Shown here: positions 27,349-39,362 of the stretch, one piece after another
How positions within the stretch are numbered: the first letter of the stretch is position 1
Layout: each line of letters opens with the position of its first letter
NCBI GenBank assembly: GCA_951406725.2
Contig: OX597819.1
Location: forward strand, 5,704,001-5,768,000
Reading direction: 5' to 3'
From: Octopus vulgaris
Lineage: Eukaryota
DNA length: 64,000 nucleotides
Position numbers and translations under genes: made by a program
The notes under the pieces: generated by a model
Seen by the model: the letters and a program-made list of their open reading frames with translations, nothing else
Database searches by the model: none
What the model was told of the DNA's origin: nothing

Positions 27349-27635
27349 AGGATCTTAGCTATCACACCACTGTGCAGGTACGCGCGGTTGAGGATGAGCC
27401 AAATAGCTTGAAACTGTGCCAGACCCACGATCCTGTCAGGCAAGATTCTGTTATTATCATTTCTAATTTGTTGCACAGATGGTATCTTCGCAAATTATTT
27501 TTTTGTGAATTATTTTCTCCATATTGAAATTATTTTCACACTGATGGCTGCCATAACCGCCATGATTTCTGCGCAAAACGAATCAGTTGCAACCCTGACT
27601 TCATCACGACGAGTTGGGGCTTCCTGTCATGGTAA

Positions 27636-27688
27636 CACGTGCTGAAGAAGGCTAAACTATTATGCTAGTCCAGAAACCGGTCCACGTG
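27636..27688 (+). ncRNA. Type I hammerhead ribozyme in a Penelope-type terminal remnant
   Basis: CACGUG-CUGAAGA-A-GGCUA..UAGUC-CA-GAAA-CCGG-UC-CACGUG. Stem I is 6 bp and stem III is palindromic. Confidence 0.8.
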
Positions 27689-28052
27689 AGTCCAAATACT
27701 TGAATGTATGCTGAAAGATTGTCTTAGCCCGTTTGTCTTCGGACAGTTGATTTCTGTAGTTATTATAAGTGTATTTTGGCGATTTAAATAAAAGTTTTGA
27801 CTCTCAATTTACACCAAAATCTCAGACAATAACAATTAACATCGTATTTATTGTCTGTGAAAATTATAGAAAATAAAACAACTTTGATAAAAACTTATAC
27901 CTACTTTTCTGACGAAAACAATGCTGTTCTGAACATTTTAGCCGCAACTGTATAAATAAATATATATATATATAACTATACACATATATATGTATATACA
28001 TACACAAACACACACACACACATATATATACACACACATATATATATATATG

Positions 28053-28119
<67 letters not shown>

Positions 28120-28122
<3 letters not shown>

Positions 28123-29030
28123 AAACAAGTCAAAAATAGAAAATGCTAAGATAATTTTATAGTGAATCTTTCAGTACCGGTTTCGGTCATTTTGAGACCT
28201 TTTCAACTGTAACGATTAAATAATTAAATTTAGAAAAATTAGAAGAAAAGTTTTTTTAAAAGAATATTTCTATTGTAGTGTTCAGATATAAGTGGCATTC
28301 TGCCTTTCTCTGACTCCCTTGTTTGCACTTGTGTGTTGGAGGTCGTTGTGAGTTCTTGGTAGGGTAGAAGCAGAAGGCTGATGTGGAGAGGGGGTGGGAA
28401 ATCTGGGAATGCCTTGATGGTAGTATTTTGAATGGTCAGTGGCGGACAGCAGTGGCAGTTCAATTCAGGAATTGTTTATGGAATTTGCGTAGGCGTTATA
28501 CTGAAAGGCATTAGTGACAAGGTTAAGGGGTAGAAGGTGGAGAAGTAGAAGAAGGAGAAGATGACGATGTTGATGATGATGATGAAGAAGAAGAAGAAGA
28601 AGAAGAAGGAGAAGGAGAAGGAGAGGATGATGATGATGATGGTGGTGATGATGATGACAACGATGATGATGATAATGATGATGATGAAGAAGAAGAGGAA
28701 GAAGAAGAAAAAAACAGAGAAGGGAGAATATGAATGGGTGAAAGTATAGCTGTGATGGGGCTGATTAGTAATGGATTCTATGGAATGTAATATTTGTGTG
28801 TGTATATATTTCTTTTATTCTAAAGTTGAGATATATTAATTGTTTGTCGTAGACCCGTTAAGAAGTGGCCTGTGTTTTGTAATAAAGAGATTTTCTTTAC
28901 TTATTCGTTGTCTCGAGGTTGTATCGTCCCTAAATTGGTAGAGGGGGAAAATCCTGAAGTTTGGTGTTTTTTTGTTGGCGCAAGTATCTATGTGTTGGCT
29001 ATATATAATCTGTGCTGCAGCACGGATTTT
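28120..29030 (-). mobile_element. Penelope-like 3' remnant: GIY-YIG C-terminus, UTR and hammerhead
   Basis: SQHIDTCA..FRIFPLYQ..RISKENLFITKHRPLLN. Hammerhead at 28172-28209. 3' end abuts (TA)n. Confidence 0.8.
28172..28209 (-). ncRNA. Variant minimal hammerhead (core UUGAAAA)
   Basis: Minus strand reads CAG-UUGAAAA-GGUC-ucaaaau-GACC-GAAA-CCGG-UA-CUG. All three stems are intact but the core deviates from CUGANGA. Confidence 0.65.
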
Positions 29031-29160
29031 TGTCAGTGAACAGGTCGCGGTCTCAAAGCGACGAAAATATTTTGACAAATTAAACTTAAATGTTGAAGTG
29101 AATCGAACGGCTTTTGTGTGTTTCTTAAATGGCTTACAAACACCTTCCACGCTGCAATTG

Positions 29161-29200
<40 letters not shown>

Positions 29201-29369
29201 ATCTTATAATTAAGGGCTATAGAAGGTTATTCTAAAGCCAATACACTGATTTATCCACTTATAATCAACTTGTTACAGGAAAATTGAACATATATGTATA
29301 TGCATGTATGTATGTATGTATAATGAATTCATACATACATATATATATATATGAATTCGTCCTACGTAG

Positions 29370-30210
29370 CAGATACTCCTATGCCACCACCCTACCCACA
29401 TCTTTCAAATTTCTTCCCCACCTCCCCCTAGCTTTATCCTTAACCAGAACGAGTCACTACTACCTACCCATTGCCATTGCTACCCTCTTATCCCTCTCTT
29501 TCTCCCTCTCTGTTCACCTCTCTCCATTTATCCTCATACCCTCCTACCTAATTCACCATTCTCCCTCTGCCGCCAACCCACCTTTATTCTTCGAATTTCC
29601 CCTCCGCCTTCCGGCCGATTTTTTTAACTACTTCGTTTCCCTATTCTGAAGGGTGTCGTCGTTTATAACTAAACGACGCCACCCTTCACAATGCGACCCA
29701 ACCCACCCCTTCTCACTCATCTCTCGACTCACGACTTCTACCTCTTCTGTCAATACCCTGACCACTACCCCTCTTCCTCTCCGGTTTATTCTTCCCGTTC
29801 CCTCTATTTTAACACCACCGCCCCTGAGCCGCCTACTCCCTCCTACCCCCTACTTCTATCTGCCTGCTTGCTACTTCACCCATTCTATCCTTAAATTCCT
29901 TGCACTTGGATTTGAAATGTTATATTCCATTCTGTCCACCCTGAAGACGAAGGGAAGGTTTACGGTAATGTTTATATGCATCCAGAACTGGCTGCATTTC
30001 CTTGACTTTCTGCACACTCCAACAGCCAACCCTACAACTATTACTTTTACTTAAAACACCATACCCTCGCCCTTAGTTTCCTGTATTTTGGTTTTAATAT
30101 TTTTGGGTATTTTCTGTTCTATAATTATATAAATTTCGGTATTATTTACTTAAATTTCTTTATGCTTATACATGAATGTTCATCTGAATATTTTCAGTTT
30201 TTCTCTCTAT
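29370..30210 (+). mobile_element. Penelope-type 3' region (pyrimidine-rich UTR plus terminal block)
   Basis: Terminal block homologous to 25345-25600 (minus). Bounded by TA/CT microsatellites. Confidence 0.5.
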
Positions 30211-30218
30211 ATATACAT

Positions 30219-30258
<40 letters not shown>

Positions 30259-30259
<1 letters not shown>

Positions 30260-30418
30260 GGAGTGGCTGTGTAGTAAGTAGCTTGCTTACGAACCACCTG
30301 ATTCCGGGTTAGGTTCCACTGTGTGGCACCTTGGACAAGTGTCTTCTACTATAGCCTCGGGCCGACCAAAGCCTTGTGAGTAGATTTGGTAGACGGAAAC
30401 TGAAAGAAGCCCCTCGTG

Positions 30419-30491
<73 letters not shown>

Positions 30492-30712
30492 ATGTTTGTG
30501 TGTCTTTGTTTGTCCCCCCAACATCGCTTGACAACCGATGCTGATGTTTTACGTCCCCGTAACTTAGCGGTTCGGCAAAAGAGACCGATAGAATAAGTAC
30601 TAGGTTTACAAAGAATAAGTCCTGGGGTCGATTTTCTCTACTAAAAAAGGTGGTGCTCCAGCATGGCCACAGTCAAATGACTGAAACAAGAAGAAGAGTA
30701 AAAGAGTAAAGT
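30259..30712 (+). mobile_element. SINE family A copy
   Basis: Homology to 5464-5880. Confidence 0.88.
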
Positions 30713-31133
30713 GTATATATACATATAGTTGAAATTTATAGAAGAACGATAGACGAAAACAGGTGTATGAACGGCATGCAGGTATATTAGTTTGACGCTG
30801 GGGAAAATGAAACAGTCTTTTACGTTTAGAGCCTACGCTCTTCAATAGAAATGAACAAGAGAAAATAAACAGAGAGAGAGGACGAAGAAAACTTGTAGCT
30901 TTAGCGGTCAAGCATGGCGAATCACATATATATATATCTGGCGATTTTTTCCTCTGTCTTCCCTTCTTGGGATCTTTCCTTCTCCTATGTTTCTATGTTT
31001 CCGACGAAGAGCTCCGCTCGAAACGTTAAACCCTCCTTCTGCCCTTCTTTCCTGAGCGTCCAATAATACTTTATTTGTTCCACGTCCTCGCGTTGTTATT
31101 TTTTTGTTTTTTTTTGTGTTTTCTTGTTTGGAT

Positions 31134-31187
<54 letters not shown>

Positions 31188-31223
31188 CATACAAATATAT
31201 ATATATGTGTGTGCGTGTGAGGT

Positions 31224-31653
31224 ATACTTGCCATCTCAATATGGCTAACCACTAAGGGTGGGTGTTACTGTAGCTTGTAGCCCCAGGAGAACATCGTCTC
31301 CAGCTGGCTTTAGGCACACTTTCTGTGCTCTTATGGTATTTGCAAAGGGAGGTCACCCTTCCCTTGTCAACCTAAGTGATACGCACGGACTGCAGTTTCT
31401 AGGTTTTGACCTGTCATCAGCGTACGACAATCACCGGTTTTCGATGAAAAGGTGTTCCAATGCAAATCTTTATATCGTTTTTCCAGTAACTTTTCGTCAC
31501 TGATCTCGAAAAACTGTCTGCAAGCAATAATAAATCTCTGAACGAGGTATAAACAGTAACTGCCTAAAGCCAGCTGGAGACGATGTTTTCCTGGGGCTAC
31601 AAGCTACAGTAACACCCACCCTTAGTGGTTAGCCATATTGAGATGGCAAGTAT
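31224..31653 (-). mobile_element. Fold-back element with 93 bp inverted arms and an internal hammerhead
   Basis: 31224-31316 is the reverse complement of 31561-31653, with one mismatch seen. Confidence 0.85.
31382..31426 (-). ncRNA. Type I hammerhead ribozyme in the spacer of a fold-back element
   Basis: Minus strand reads CGUACG-CUGAUGA-C-AGGU-caaa-ACCU-A-GAAA-CUGCAG-UC-CGUGCG. Confidence 0.85.
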
Positions 31654-31838
31654 GTATATATAAGATACAAAATGGGACAAGAACGCAAAACATCTGGACA
31701 ACTAGGTGATACAAAAGGGGACAACAAAACATCCAGAAGACGATACAAAAAAACACGGACGGGTCATTCGAAGCCTTTTATCTTCAATCAAGAACCGGAT
31801 CGTCCTCGCAATTTCGGCTGATTAATCTTGAGATTGCT

Positions 31839-31898
<60 letters not shown>

Positions 31899-32769
31899 GT
31901 AAACAGAGTTAGCGGTTATAGTACCCAACTAAGGGATAGAATACCCGTATATACTATCGGTATCCGTTACCTGTATTATCCCCAGGCAATGGAGTATTGC
32001 TCTTTGGTAATCATGTTAGTATTTTCCTTATATATAGTTTCTTGATAATTTCTTTTTTAAATTAACACATCCTGACCACCCCCACCCCTTCAAATTGCAC
32101 CTACCCGTTAATAAATTGTAGTATCCTCTAGGCCTTTACTAGCTCACTCTTTTACCTACCGACCTTGTAGCCCTGATAGTAAATAATTATTTGCTCTTAA
32201 CATATTGGACTTCTAGATTATTTGTGTAAGCCATGTTTTCTTTCTTTTGCAAGCATCCGGTACCTATCGATCCCAATGGCAGTCATGGAATGTGAAGGTG
32301 GGTGTGCGGGCCGTGTTTGTAATGCTGTGTGTATGTCGTCTGCAGTGGAAACAAGGACAGTTTTCTCTATGAAGGCCTTTTTTGAAGTCTATTTACTGAT
32401 ATAGTGTCTTTACGACCATAAAGGTCTATAGTGAAAATTTTATCCGTGCGTGAAAGAAAACGGAAGGGACCTGCATACGGTGCTGTTAACGGAGGTTTAA
32501 CAACATCGTTGACCTCAAAAACGTGAGTCCAAGAAGTAAAGCTTCCTTCTAGGCAGAGCTAAAAATGCAATTGTCAAGTAGCAATATATTAAAAATTGGT
32601 AAAGCTAAAAATTGAGGATGATAAATTTATTATTGTTACTGAATATGTTAGTGTTATTTAATTTCTGAATGGTTTTGCTGCCGTTTGTTTATGTAGTTTA
32701 ATTTCTTTATCCATCAGTTTCTACTCGAGTAAAATTAATAATAGACAAACGAAAATAAAACTTTGGAAA

Positions 32770-32824
32770 GAGCAACGCCGCCATAACATACGTGGAGACC
32801 ATGAGCGTGCTTTCAAGGGAGATA

Positions 32825-32875
<51 letters not shown>

Positions 32876-33107
32876 GAAGATCTTAAGAATGCTTCATGTT
32901 AAAGTAAATATAACAAATAATCCAGAACCTTTGTCCGGTACCGGATCGATTCCAAAATCTAATCGGTTTGTGCAGCTCACAAGACAAAACATCCATGAAA
33001 GTGTCATCAGAAACCATTCAGCGATTCTTGAGATATCTTGTTCACGAACAAACAAACAAACACAACTAAAAACAATACCTCCGCCTTAGCGAAGGCGGAG
33101 GTAATAA
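32770..33107 (-). mobile_element. Second copy of the HINE-like family
   Basis: tacctccgccttagcgaaggcggaggtaataa terminus. Body is homologous to 40392-40680 in reverse. Confidence 0.7.
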
Positions 33108-33764
33108 AGAATCATACTTGACTGAAACGCTACCGCCTACTTCTGGATAGTTTATGTCGAAGATGACCTGTATAGAATTGTTTGAAGGTGACCCAGGAAG
33201 TTGCAACCCTGCTTAGAAAGACATAAATTTGCATCCGTTTCCAAGCTTATCTCTCCTTTCAGCAACATGTTAAAATACAACACTTCAAGGTTGCAGTAGT
33301 TAGTTCTCTTTTTTTCTTTTCTTTAAAGTACAAGTTAAATACTAATGAATGTTCAGATAGAAAAGTCAATGGAGAACGATTAAAGTTCATATCGGTAATA
33401 TATTTTCTCTTGAAAAGTGATTCTACTGCTGCTACAAATGGTGATGATAAGAGGAGAGAAGAGAACGAGACGTTCAAAGCAGAAAAATGAGAAACCTTAG
33501 CGCTCTTATAACTTTCTATGTAACATTTAGATCAGAAACATTATCGTAGCTTCTGCTTATCTAGATTTTGAAACTGCAGCAATTATCAACTTATCTACAC
33601 AATACTGTCAATTACATTTAATTGCATAACCCTGTTGATTAACATTCTTGTGCAACTAAATGGATAAAATCGCATGCTAAATAATAAATAAAAACTGCAA
33701 TAAAGTTTCGGCTGTAAGCTATTGTAGCTATGCCACACATAAAATGATTACACTTTTTAAAATT

Positions 33765-33925
33765 CTTTTACGTATTTCAGTCATTCGACTGCAATCATGC
33801 TGGGATACCGCCTCCGAGGGTTTTTTTTTAGTCGAATGGATAGACCTTAGGACTTATTTGTTAAGCCTAGTACCAACGATGATTGGGGGGAAGGACAAAA
33901 CAAAGACACACTCATATACATATAC

Positions 33926-33998
<73 letters not shown>

Positions 33999-34134
33999 TA
34001 CACGACTGGCTTCTTTCAGTTTCCGTCTACCACATCCACTCACAAGGCTTTGGTCAACCCGAAGCTATAGCAGACTTGCCCAAAGTACCACGCAGTGGGA
34101 CTACACGGAAACATGTAATTGGAAAGCAAGCCTC
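33765..34134 (-). mobile_element. SINE family A copy cut in its head by the Tx1 insertion
   Basis: Family A homology runs up to ggaaagcaagc (34121-34131), then switches to the Tx1 3' tail. Confidence 0.78.
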
Positions 34135-36105
34135 TTTATTTCATTAGATTTGCCATAAAGGCGGCACATAGATGAGACGTACAATGACAGACAAGCACAA
34201 AGGGTGAAGAAGCTGCATAATTAAAAATTAAGGTCCGAATGATGAGAGCAGATGAAAATGATACAATTAAAAAAGTATTTAAGTATAATTATTATTGCAA
34301 TATATAATAATTCACGTCAGAAGGAAAGGCATCCAGCTATCTGGGTAGAACCTTTACCCGTTACCATTGACCCCGCTTACCTGGTGTCGGTCACTCTCAA
34401 CTTGCTTACCACAAGCTTCCTTCTTTTCATGAATGTACTTAGCGTCGGGCACCTCTTTTCCAGCCTTATCTTATTTACGAGGTGGTAACTAAAAAAATTT
34501 ACCAACCCCTGGCCAGAGACAAAGGTACCTGTCACTATTCCTCTTACACGCGTCTTCCATACTGTTTCTTTCAGTATGGCTACTATGCAGAAAAACCAAG
34601 CCTTCCTTTCCATGTTAAGGGAGGGAGGCGGCACAATCTTGATGATAGACTCAGCCGATAGCTGTACTCTTCCCATCGATGACAACAGTTGCTCTGTGAA
34701 AACTATCAGTCCCGTTAATTCCAGGCATTCCACGAATACGTGCAAGACGGTTTTACTGTCCTGCCCGCACCTCGGACATGTCGGCGAGACAGCACTTCCG
34801 TACCTTGATAGGTTATCTCGAACAGGTAACACCGCACGGAAGCACTGCCAAGCCAGGGATTTCTGGTAATTATCCAAATACCCCGGCCCGAACGTTCTGA
34901 ACTAATTTTCATCGTTGCCCAGGGTCTTCTCCAAGGCGTCTTCGGACATAAATTCCACTAACCCGCTATAAAAATCCGCGGTAGAACTCCCGTTGACGGC
35001 ATTGCCTGCCCGAGAGAGTAGCTGAAGTGTCTGACGGCACCCCAATTGCCAGTCCCTCAGCCCAGGTCTCTACTTGATCTATGTACCAATGTCCGTTAAA
35101 GGCGTTAACCGCGGAAGGTAAAACCGGACGTGCGGTGACCATACCTGCTCCTTATCCAGGTAAATCCAGAGGTGCCTCAACCTTAACGCGAGTTTTCGCA
35201 TCTTCAGCTAAGGCGTCCCTAGCCCACCCTTTAGCGGTTTCTGGTAGCAGACAGAGCGCTTCACAAGAGGCTCTCCTCCCTTCCACAAAAAGCGGAAAAG
35301 GATTCTCTCCAACTTGTTCATCCACAAATCAGGGCAAGGCACCACGGTCAGATGGTAGGTGATAACTGATGTTATAAACATCTGCACCACCTCCGCCTTC
35401 CCTAGCAAGGATAACGCCCGCCCAGACCAGGTCTGGGTTAGAACAGTCACCTTACTGGTTACCTCTCTCCAATTTTATCCTATCTGGAGGTCTGGGCCAA
35501 ACCAAACCCCAAGCAGCTTAACAGGACCTTCCGTCCAACGCCCCACGAAGTTATTGGACGTCATCAGCTTGCCCCTCCTGGTGCCGAGTTGCAAACCGAC
35601 CGACTTGTCCTTGTTAACTTTTGCTCCTGCCACCGCCTCGTAACTTTTGATAGCCTCTTCCACCAGTGGAAGCTGGCCCTCATCCGCATACACCGTAGCT
35701 CCTCTTCCGCTCCACAGATTATTCGGCGCGCCCCCTAGTGCTTCCAACATCCGCAGCAAAACATACAAAATATGAGACAGGGGAAACTCCTGAGACACTG
35801 AGCGCTCGATCCTGAATGGTTTCGCAAAGAAACCATTCACTTTGACGACAGACTCGATGTCGCTATACAAAGCAGCAATCCTACCGCGGAAGGTCGGGCC
35901 CAGGCCAGCCTTTTCGAGGACCGCCGCCAGGTACCGATGGTCGACCCTATCAAATGCTTTAGACTGGTCTAAATGTACCAGTGCCAACCCCCCGCGCCAG
36001 AAAGCTCCCCTACCTTCTCTAAGGAGTAGCGTATAAAGTGGAGATTGTCGTGGATCGACCTGCCCGGGTTGGCGCAAGCCCCCCCCCCCCCAGTCTATCC
36101 ACGAC
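34135..36105 (-). mobile_element. 5'-truncated, decayed Tx1/L1-clade LINE (RT, CCHC finger, 3' UTR)
   Basis: Motifs LDQSKAFDRVDHRYL, SVSQEFPLS (GVRQGCPLS-like), YADE, KLLGVWFG, LSLLGKA, KGGLG and CPRCGQDSKTVLHVFVEC. Frameshifted. Higher GC than the flanks. Ends ...GAAATAAA. Confidence 0.9.
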
Positions 36106-36547
36106 CCGCGCCAATTTTGGTAATTTTGTGGACTGAGGTCGGTAGAGTACATCAACCCCAGTGCTCAACTGCTACTTATTTTATCGAATTCGGAAGTCAA
36201 TGTCGGCGGAATTTGAGCTCAGAACATAAAGAACCGGAAGATGTACCACAAAGCATTTTGTCCGGCGTGTTAACGATTTTTCTGGCTCACTGGTTTAATA
36301 ATACTAATAATAATCCTTTCTACTAAAGGCAAAAGGCCTGAAATTTTTGAGAAGGGGGCTAGTAGATTATATCGATCCCAGTGTTTCATAGATACTTAAT
36401 TTATCGACCCCGAAAAAATGAAAAGCAAAGTCGATCTCGGCGGAATTTGGACTCAGAACGTAGCGGCAGACGAAATACGGCTACGCATTTCGCCCGGCGT
36501 GCTAACGGTTCTGCCAGCTCGCCGCCTTAATAATAATAATAATAATA

Positions 36548-36590
<43 letters not shown>

Positions 36591-37314
36591 TGATGATGAT
36601 GATGATGATGATGATTCTTTCTACTACAGGTACAAAGCTTGGCTTTTTGGAGGAGGGGACTAGTCGATCACTTCGACCCCAGTGCAAAACTGATACTTAT
36701 TTCATAGACCTCGAAAGGACGAAAAGTGAAATCCACCTGGCGGAATTTGAACTCAGAACGTAAAGACGAACGAAAGCAGCTAAGCATTATGCCCGTCGTG
36801 TTATCGATTCTGCCAGTTCATCGCCCTAACAACAACAACAAAAACAACAACAGTAATAATAATAACCCTTTCTACTATAAGCACAAGGCCTAAAATTTTG
36901 AGGAAAAGGACAAGTCTATTATATTAGCTCCAGTACTCAACAACAACAACAACAACAATAGTTCTTTCTAATTTTGGTGCAAATTCACAAAATTAGAGGA
37001 CTGATGCTGGTACTTTATTTTATCGAACCCTAAAGAATGAAAGGCGAAGTTGATCTGGATGGAATTTGTATATAAAATCGCAAAGTTTGACTTTCTAACG
37101 ATTCTGTCCATAAAAATAATGTTTATATTGCTGACGATTATAACTTGCCAATAATGTTAAAACTAAGGCAACGAGCTGGCAGAATCGTTATCATACCAGG
37201 CAAAATGCTTTGCGGCATTTCGTCCGTCTTTACGTTCTGGGTTCAAATTCCTCTGGGGTCAACTTTGCTTTTTCCTTCTTTCGTGTTCGATGAAATAAGT
37301 ACCAGTTGAGCACT

Positions 37315-37701
37315 GGATGGAAGCATTCCGTCGGTTACGACGATGAGGGTTCCGGTTGATCCGAATCAACGGAACAGCCTGCTCGTGAAATTAACGTGTA
37401 AGTGGCTGGAGCACTACACAGACACGTGCACCCTTAACGTAGTTCTCGGGGATATTCAGCGTGACACAGAGAGTGACAAATCGGCCCCTTGAAATACAGG
37501 TACAACAGAAACAGGAAGTAAGAGTGAGAGAAAGTTGTGGTGAAAGAGTACAGCAGGGATCACCACCATCCCCTGCCGGAGCCTCGTGGAGCTTTAGGTG
37601 TTTTCGCTCAATAAACACTCACAACGCCCAGTCTGGGAATCGAAACCGCGATCCTATGACCGCGAGTCCGCTGCCCTAACCACTGGGCCATTGCGCCTCC
37701 A
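37315..37701 (-). mobile_element. SINE family C with TSD, inserted in a family B SINE
   Basis: TSD cagttgagcact at 37303-37314 and 37702-37713. Confidence 0.9.
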
Positions 37702-39362
37702 CAGTTGAGCACTTGGATCGATGTGATCGACATACCCAAACCACGGAAATTGCTGGCGTTGTAGTGAAATTTGAAACCAGTAAAGTTGTGAACTAAACAC
37801 GATATTTTAGTGACAACTAAAAGTGCTTTCTGTGATAAACCTGATGTCATAAAGTTTGTAACATGAGACGAACTCCTGATCATCCACCGTATTTTAACAT
37901 GTTTGTAATACAGTACAAACATCTTGAATTTGTTAGCTCATAATACCAACAAGTATGTTTGTCTTAAGTTTACTGAACCCCTCCGAAAATATTTTCATAT
38001 TATTGTTATGCCGATACCGACAAAGCTGAAGGTATTTATTTCTTTATATGTTTTGACAAACCCTTTCTAACTTTGCATTGCATATGTTCCTCCCCGTTAG
38101 GGTTTATTTCTACCTATCACATGATATCATTAACCTTTTAATATCAATTTCTCCCCAAGTACAAGACTAATTTCGTAAAGGAAGGATATAATTGATCAAA
38201 ATTTTTTCCAGCATAATTTTGTTATATTATCGTCTCTGAAGGGATGAAATGCAAACTCAGACACGGCAGGATATTAACTCTCTGTGTGTAAAAGAAACAA
38301 ACGAAGAAAAAAAAACGCAACTAAATATTTTTTGAAGCATTTAGTCCAGAAAGCCACAGTTCTTCCATAACACCTTCCTTTAAATAACGATTTTTTTAAT
38401 AGACACAAGGCCATAAATTTCTTGGAAAGATGGAAGTGAAAGGTAAACGCAACATGATTTGAAGTCAAAGCGGAAAGGCCTGTAACTAAATACTACAAGA
38501 TATTTTTCGTTGATGATCTCAGGATTCACCACTATAATAATCATCTAATGAATCATATCAACAATAGTAATTACTGACGTAGGCAGAAATTTGGCCAACT
38601 AAATTTTAAGGAAATAGGGGAAGCTGTTAATTATACAAAAGCCAGTACTTAAGTGCTTAATTTACAGCAACACCCACGGGAATAGCAAAAGGCTAAGTGG
38701 ACATCGGCGAGGTTTGAATTCATAACAACAACAATAATAATGATTTCAAATTTTGGCACAAGGCCAGCAATTTCATGGGAGTGCGTAAGTCGATTACAGC
38801 GATTAGCTCACTGTTTCTGCGGTGCAGAAACAAATCCCCCACCCCCAAATTTCAGGCCTCGTGCCTATAGTAGAAAGGATTATTACAATAAACAGAGGGT
38901 GGTGAACTGGTAGAATCGTTAGCATGCTGAACGAAATGCTAAGCAGCATTTCGCCCGTCGCTACGTTCTGAGTTCAAATTCCAACGAGGTCGACTTTGCT
39001 TTTTATCCTTTCGGGTCGATAAATTAAGTACCAGTGAAAAACACTAGGGTCGATGTAATCGACAAGTCTCCTTCCCCGAAATTTTTTGACCTTGAGCCTA
39101 TGGTAGAAAGGATTGTTACCATACATACAAAAAGACATTGGGAAAGTCTTACAAAACTTTGGTACACTTGCAAATTTTATTTACACCTTACGCTACACTT
39201 ATACGTACACTTCTGCATTTGGCATACACCAGACCTTTCTTTCTTCTTTTTTTTTTGTTTTTATTCAATTCTTTTATATTGCACACACAACAAACTTTCT
39301 TAAATCTCTATATCACATGTGTAATCGAAACCTTATTACCTCCGCCTTCGCTAAGGCGGAGG

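Noticed and set aside
28545-28749. Met/Lys-rich ORF
   Set aside because: It is a (GAT)n/(GAA)n microsatellite inside a Penelope 3' UTR.
36120-37320. CRISPR-like or regular tandem array
   Set aside because: It is a cluster of diverged family B SINEs separated by (AAT)/(AAC) tracts, with no constant repeat-spacer structure.
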